A stretch of DNA of 64,000 nucleotides. Origin: Paludibacteraceae bacterium. Lineage in GTDB: Bacteria > Bacteroidota > Bacteroidia > Bacteroidales > Paludibacteraceae. The translations under genes and the position numbers were made by a program. Positions 59,964 to 64,000 of this stretch are shown here, in pieces (position 1 is the first letter of the stretch; every line of letters begins with the position of its first letter). The stretch lies in contig JAKSKV010000014.1 in the NCBI GenBank assembly GCA_024401555.1, positions 14,442 to 78,441 on the forward strand. The letters run 5' to 3'. Below the pieces are notes generated by a model. That model was not told the origin of the DNA, ran no database searches, and worked only from the letters and a program-made list of their open reading frames with translations.

Positions 59964-60596
59964 ATGGAACTAACCGCAAGACTTAAAAAGATAACGGAAA
60001 AGTACGACCTCGATCCTGAGGACGTAATATACTGCGACCTTACAAGAGCCGGATGGGGCAAGTTCGAAGCAATCTTCTATGCCTACCATCTGTCGTATTT
60101 CGACGTGTCCAAAATAAATATATGGATGCGAGACAGGCAAAAACTGCATCCTGGCATAGCCAAACTGCTCATCGACTACGAAGAAGAGGATAAGGAAGAG
60201 CGCAAGAAGATCCGCGAACTCGAAGAAAAGGTCAAGTCGCAGAAAAAACGCGCATCTGCTACCAAAATCGACGCAGACTCAGACAAGATGACCAAGGAGG
60301 AGCTCGGCCGCATGTATGTGCAGATCATGAAGAATCCAAATGCGGACGACAAATCGAAGATGGAGGCCAGCAAAGCCTATACCCAACTGTATCAACTTCA
60401 GAAGGAACAAGACAAGGACGAGGACAATAGGCTGAACTTCTATTTACCCGCCAATTGCCACTACTGCGACCGGTGCAGAGACTGCGAACTGAAGACCGAA
60501 CTCGAGAAGAGAGGTTGCAAGATACGCGCAAAGAAGAGTTCGCCATTCCTATGGGAGGTTGTTGACGAGAAGGATGCAGACAAACCGAAGCAATAA
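59964..60596 (+). CDS. hypothetical protein; weak resemblance to small terminase subunits
   Basis: ATG 59964. N-terminal helical segment, central Lys/Glu-rich coiled coil, ADDKSKMEASKAYTQLYQL motif, C-terminal CHYCDRCRDC. Confidence 0.3.
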   Translation: MELTARLKKITEKYDLDPEDVIYCDLTRAGWGKFEAIFYAYHLSYFDVSKINIWMRDRQKLHPGIAKLLIDYEEEDKEERKKIRELEEKVKSQKKRASATKIDADSDKMTKEELGRMYVQIMKNPNADDKSKMEASKAYTQLYQLQKEQDKDEDNRLNFYLPANCHYCDRCRDCELKTELEKRGCKIRAKKSSPFLWEVVDEKDADKPKQ

Positions 60597-60973
60597 TGGA
60601 ACTAACCCAAGAATACAAGAACGACATCTTCTGGAAGCAGTATCACGGTCTAGTCCGAGCCATCGACCTCCCGAACGAATACAAGGAGTACGACACGCGC
60701 ATCTGCTGCTGCACCGACGAATGTTCAAGTCTTGTCCGAGATAAGTGCGAGCTATGGAAGCGATACGTAGAAGGCCAGCAGGCTACATTCCGTCTTCCTC
60801 ACTCTTACGTCAAGAGTGAGACGAAAAAGAATCAGAAAGGTCTTCCGCAAGTTCCATGGAAAGTCGAGAAATTCGGGCCTACATGGTACTACACCGCATC
60901 GTTCGACCTGTGGGTGGAAGAAAGCGGTAGCAAATGCAGTCATTTCATACCAATCAAAACAACAAATAAATGA
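60596..60973 (+). CDS. hypothetical protein
   Basis: 125-aa ORF; its start overlaps the upstream stop. Confidence 0.45.
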   Translation: MELTQEYKNDIFWKQYHGLVRAIDLPNEYKEYDTRICCCTDECSSLVRDKCELWKRYVEGQQATFRLPHSYVKSETKKNQKGLPQVPWKVEKFGPTWYYTASFDLWVEESGSKCSHFIPIKTTNK

Positions 60974-61605
60974 AAGTAACGATCAGACCAATCCCAGGTT
61001 CTTGGGAACGAGCAGTGAACGCTGCAAGAATGACGCAGCACATGCCCCCTCTCGGCCACGAGCCTTCAGACAAGTGGAAGAAGCAGGCACTCCAGAGCGA
61101 GCACTCCCCTATCAGAGTAGTAGAGTACGACATCGTCATCGAAGACGCAGAATACGCGTCTGTGATGCATTTAGTGAGGCATTTCATGGGTGTCGTACCT
61201 TTTTGCGCCACAAGCCGTCCGGACATAACAGGAGAGCATGTGACACGCCACGAGCAGCGCAAGGACGACCCTACGACAGTACAATTCTCCGTCAACGCAC
61301 AGGCGCTAATCAACATGTCAGACCGCCGCTGCTGCTTCAAGGCAGAAAAGACAACGCGCGAGATATGGGAAGCTGTCAAGGAGGAGATGCGCAGGGTCGA
61401 CCCTGTGATGGCAGAGGCCATGCAGCCACGATGCGTCCTGCGAAACGGATGGTGCGGCGAACGCAAGCCATGCGGATTCTGCTTCAGCGGGAAGGCATTC
61501 AGTGACGCACGGAATGAATACCAGCGCGGCAGCGCATGGATCGAGATGAAAGAAAAGTATAACAGTAAAGAGGAAGGGACATGGGTAGATTCACAGACTT
61601 GCTGA
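60970..61605 (+). CDS. divergent ThyX-like (flavin-dependent thymidylate synthase fold) protein
   Basis: SEHSPIRVVEYDIVIEDAEYASVMHLVRHF aligns to ThyX GHETPFEH..F.F.I......aRq..RHR. FSVNAQALINMSDRRCCFKAEKTTREIWE aligns to the ThyX ..vNaRsL.nf...R....AqwEIr segment. The third Arg of RHR is replaced by Phe. A 4-Cys tail (CVLRNGWCGERKPCGFC) is present. Confidence 0.55.
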   Translation: MKVTIRPIPGSWERAVNAARMTQHMPPLGHEPSDKWKKQALQSEHSPIRVVEYDIVIEDAEYASVMHLVRHFMGVVPFCATSRPDITGEHVTRHEQRKDDPTTVQFSVNAQALINMSDRRCCFKAEKTTREIWEAVKEEMRRVDPVMAEAMQPRCVLRNGWCGERKPCGFCFSGKAFSDARNEYQRGSAWIEMKEKYNSKEEGTWVDSQTC

Positions 61606-61904
61606 ACAAGATGATCGGGCTGTACACCAAAAGCCAGGTACAGTCAATGCTTGCAGACGTTCACAAGAAGAACGACGAGAGGATGACAGAGACGCTCTGC
61701 GTGCGATCGGGTGAAGATATATACTATGCCTTGCACAATCCAGAACTGAACAGGTTCGACGTATTTTTGCGGCACAGGTTCAACGACAATACGGGATTCG
61801 CGCGGATAATGATAAAGAGCTTCCCATACGAGAGAGACGGCGATATCACATACGCACGTATATGCACAGAAGAACTCCTGGACAAGCTCAACGAGAAGCC
61901 GTAA
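61581..61904 (+). CDS. hypothetical protein
   Basis: 107-aa ORF. Its N-terminus FTDLLNKMIGLYTKSQV resembles the N-terminus of ORF 62292..62963. Confidence 0.45.
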   Translation: MGRFTDLLNKMIGLYTKSQVQSMLADVHKKNDERMTETLCVRSGEDIYYALHNPELNRFDVFLRHRFNDNTGFARIMIKSFPYERDGDITYARICTEELLDKLNEKP

Positions 61905-61905
61905 C

Positions 61906-62283
61906 ATGGTCAAGATACACGAATTCGACTGCCAGATATACCCACGCAAGCTGTGGGTGGCAATAGGATCAACAACCGAGGAGCTCAGGAGCACGTTCCT
62001 GCCGGACACCATCAATGACATGGACGAGGACTGTGATGCCGAAGTCAGCAACACAGGCATATGCGACAAGAAACGCGACGTGGCTGGAGTACTCATCAGG
62101 TTTCGCAGCAAGTCCGTAATGACACCTCCGACAATAGCTCACGAGTCATGCCACGCCATGATGGAGGTGCTGTCGCAGGTTGAAGCATTCCCGACACCGG
62201 ACCACCAGGAGCCGGCAGCATACTTCATCGGATGGATAGTGAAGTGCATCAACGAGGCAAAGAACTACAAACCCAATAAATAA
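61906..62283 (+). CDS. small HExxH metalloprotease-like protein (ImmA/IrrE-like), paralogue 2
   Basis: IAHESCHAMM then EPAAYFIG about 20 aa downstream. Confidence 0.55.
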   Translation: MVKIHEFDCQIYPRKLWVAIGSTTEELRSTFLPDTINDMDEDCDAEVSNTGICDKKRDVAGVLIRFRSKSVMTPPTIAHESCHAMMEVLSQVEAFPTPDHQEPAAYFIGWIVKCINEAKNYKPNK

Positions 62284-62291
62284 CTACCATT

Positions 62292-62963
62292 ATGCTGACA
62301 AGACTATTAAACACCATCGGCCTGTTCACAAGGGCCCAGTACGAGCACCAGCTCGACCTCAACCGCGAGGCAGACGAAATCAACGAGAACCACATCAGGA
62401 GAGAGACGGAGCTCACAACAGAACGCGATAAGGCGGACATACTCGCCATGAGGTACAAGGGAATGCTACTCGACACCGAGTCGAAGCTGTCCGCATCCGA
62501 GAAGAATCTCGCCAACGAACAGAAGGCGGTCAAGGCTGAACAGGAAAAGCGCCTCGAAATCGAAAAGGAACGCCTCTCCCTCATCGACACCAACAAGAAG
62601 CTCAACGACCATATCTCCGTGCTCGACAAGAACCTGCAGGAGTCCGTCCGCTCTCACAACACCTCAGCCCTCCGTGTGAACACACTCGAGAAGGAAGTGG
62701 AAGCCCTCAACGCAACCATCGACGAGAACTCAATACGTATCTCCGACCTCACACACGCATGCGAGGAATACATAAAGACAATCAACGAGCTCAACAGTAA
62801 GATCGCCAAGAAGGACGTCAAGGTCAAGGTGGACAAGTCCGAGGTAGATAAGACCACCAAGGACATCTCTGACAAGCTGGACGCCATCGGCAAGAAGACG
62901 GAATCCATTAAGAGGAAGACCAATACAAAGCCAAAGGCCGGTGAAACAAAAACCAAGGACTGA
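62292..62963 (+). CDS. coiled-coil protein
   Basis: 223 aa, Glu/Lys/Leu-rich heptad-like sequence throughout. N-terminus: LTRLLNTIGLFTRAQY. Confidence 0.5.
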   Translation: MLTRLLNTIGLFTRAQYEHQLDLNREADEINENHIRRETELTTERDKADILAMRYKGMLLDTESKLSASEKNLANEQKAVKAEQEKRLEIEKERLSLIDTNKKLNDHISVLDKNLQESVRSHNTSALRVNTLEKEVEALNATIDENSIRISDLTHACEEYIKTINELNSKIAKKDVKVKVDKSEVDKTTKDISDKLDAIGKKTESIKRKTNTKPKAGETKTKD

Positions 62964-63047
62964 GGCCCTTAAAACACAATACATACTATCCAGATCGCCC
63001 AAGGTGCTGATATTCAGTGTCTTGGGTTTATTTAGTGCATTATGGAT

Positions 63048-63425
63048 GTGAATACGGTGAATATCCGGATGAGCACAATTCACCCAAAATAGACACCAAA
63101 ACAGCTGTTTTACACGTTTTTTGAAAAAATCAGCATCGCTAACTGATTGATTCTCATGAACTAAGGCCAAAACAGGTGAATTTAGTGAATAATTTTTTCG
63201 GAGTCTTTTCTTTTTTTTATATATTCTTTTACTTATAATTTAATACAACATCCTTTTTGTTTCCAAAGATATCTAAAAAAATTTCACCAAATTCACCTAT
63301 TTTCGCTTAAGTTCATCTGAATGTGATAGTTACGAAACACAAAAAATTACAAAATTAGTCCTGATTCTTAAAAAATACTCCAAAAACAGGTGAATAACAC
63401 AGATCAGAGATTCACTCAGGTGAAG
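63048..63425. repeat. array of GGTGAAT-type iteron-like repeats in both orientations
   Basis: Exact GGTGAAT at 63056, 63175 and 63389 (+) and at 63078 and 63291 (-). Variants at 63048, 63184, 63281(-), 63410(-), 63419, 63445(-), 63569. AAAACAGGTGAAT occurs at 63171 and 63385. Confidence 0.7.
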
Positions 63426-63479
63426 AAAATCGCCAAAAACAATGTTTCACGAATTTTGAAAATTTTACCGTGGAACAAA

Positions 63480-63537
63480 TTGCACACTCGTAGGCGATTT
63501 GTGCAGTTTTTGCACATTTGGCCGGGGGATTGTGCAA
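63480..63537. promoter_or_regulatory. two adjacent palindromic operator-like sites, TTGCACA-N13/14-TGTGCA(A)
   Basis: First site: 63480-63486 and 63500-63505. Second site: 63510-63516 and 63531-63537. Confidence 0.55.
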
Positions 63538-63570
63538 TAATTATACGTAAGGATGGAGGGTGGATCTGGG

Positions 63571-63600
63571 TGAAAAAAATTGAAAATTTTTGAAAAAAAA
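63571..63600. repeat. three TGAAAA A-tract units phased at exactly 10 bp
   Basis: tgaaaaaaat tgaaaatttt tgaaaaaaaa read directly. Confidence 0.7.
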
Positions 63601-63767
63601 TTGCGGGGGAGACGAAGGGAGCAGAATGCAACCGATTATTTTTGGGGGGGTGGGTTATATATGTTATTTATATAACATCTAAATAATTAAAATATAGGGA
63701 TTTATAAGTGTTAAATAAATAGTCTAATATTTAACGAAAATAATTTTATTTACCCGTTTTTTATCAT

Positions 63768-63775
63768 TATCTTTG
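63768..63775 (+). promoter_or_regulatory. -7 box TAtcTTTG (then CAGCGAC, same downstream 7-mer as the 30313 promoter)
   Basis: tatctttgcagcgac compares with tatatttgcagcgac at 30313. No ORF of 60 aa or more follows within the window. Confidence 0.4.
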
Positions 63776-64000
63776 CAGCGACCAAAGATAATAGTTTTTT
63801 GGTCGTTGGGTACGCGTTCTCGACACGTTCGGTCGGGGTAGTCTTAGCCATAGGACACTGAAACGTTGGCTATCCCTTTGGGAAATGTTCTTTGATATAT
63901 CGCTGGTGTTGGTGCTGACCGATATTTACTATCGGGCAAAGTTACCACCACTGAGCGCACATTTGCAATTGCTTGACATTCTGCTATAATAGATTGAAAA

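Noticed and set aside
60816-61505. 229-aa Arg-rich ORF in another frame across the ThyX-like gene, and antisense ORF 60954..61466
   Set aside because: Extremely Arg/Ser/Pro-rich composition. They overlap two well-formed, translationally coupled genes, which is typical of off-frame artefacts.
62730-63170. 146-aa minus-strand ORF entering the non-coding region
   Set aside because: It has a TTG start and overlaps 230 nt of the coiled-coil gene in antisense. The non-overlapping part coincides with the GGTGAAT repeat array.
63390-63631. Track ORFs 63390..63593 (+) and 63416..63631 (-)
   Set aside because: The plus-strand ORF starts at a GTG that is itself part of a GGTGAAT repeat. Both ORFs run through the operator palindromes and the phased A-tracts. 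Coding is unlikely.
63781-63960. Possible cobalamin or TPP riboswitch (ggggta...ctgaaa...ccctttgg; ggtg...accaccactgag)
   Set aside because: The resemblance is only fragmentary. Core elements are absent or altered, including the B12 box, GCCACTG, and the CUGAGA / ACCCUUUGAACCUGAUC motifs of TPP elements. I kept it only as an unclassified structured-RNA candidate.
1-64000. CRISPR arrays, diversity-generating retroelement, retron, stop-codon reassignment
   Set aside because: I saw no regularly spaced direct repeats and no reverse-transcriptase-like ORF. None of the five tRNAs has a suppressor anticodon. All large late genes are open under the standard code.

Overview
The whole 64 kb window reads as one large temperate phage genome with a long non-contractile tail (siphovirus type). 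The host is probably Bacteroidota (Bacteroides/Prevotella-like), because TAnnTTTG -7 promoter boxes recur, often as TTTGCACC. An integrase and Xis-like pair sits inside the phage, between the tail-fibre genes and an accessory operon, so the gene order looks like the excised or replicative form rather than an integrated prophage.

Layout:
- 0.3-12.0 kb (+): early module. DUF4494 protein, 4-tRNA cluster, KilA-N/KilAC antirepressor, replication initiator-like protein, DnaB helicase, sliding clamp, PD-(D/E)XK exonuclease plus RecT, two tandem all-alpha NTP pyrophosphohydrolases, OB-fold SSB-like protein.
- 12.0-15.6 kb (-): orphan accessory operon with its own promoter and terminator, then the Xis-like gene.
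- 15.8-17.0 kb (+): tyrosine integrase.
- 17.1-28.6 kb (-): receptor-binding and tail-fibre genes plus a 1659-aa tail-tip protein.
- 28.6-31.9 kb: lysis cassette and a plus-strand moron island wedged inside the tail module.
- 31.9-42.6 kb (-): a 3562-aa tape measure protein.
- 43.2-49.0 kb (-): frameshifted tail chaperone, major tail protein, connectors, capsid, scaffold.
- 49.15 kb (-): an initiator-like tRNA at the head of this late operon.
- 49.4-55.9 kb (+): HNH homing endonuclease, large terminase, portal, MuF-like protein.
- 56.0-59.8 kb (-): RuvC, small metalloprotease-like protein, deoxyribosyltransferase-like protein, D5/P4-type primase-helicase.
- 59.9-63.0 kb (+): small genes including a divergent ThyX-like protein.
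- 63.0-64.0 kb: about 1 kb of repeat-rich non-coding DNA.

Most notable observations:
- A 143-aa mini-intein with the class 3 Trp-Cys-Thr signature interrupts the terminase P-loop.
- An A9 slippery run opens a 160-codon -1 frame in the tail chaperone.
- The tape measure protein is extremely long.
- One tail fibre fuses a collagen-like repeat to an intact metallophosphoesterase domain.
- Three dispersed ImmA/IrrE-like HExxH paralogues are present.
- The operon beside int/xis has no recognisable function.
- The right-hand non-coding region is dense with iterons and operator-like palindromes.

All functional calls rest on motif recognition by eye from the supplied translations. No database search, tRNA scan or RNA folding was run, so family names are hypotheses. 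Start codons were often re-chosen, because the track uses alternative starts.
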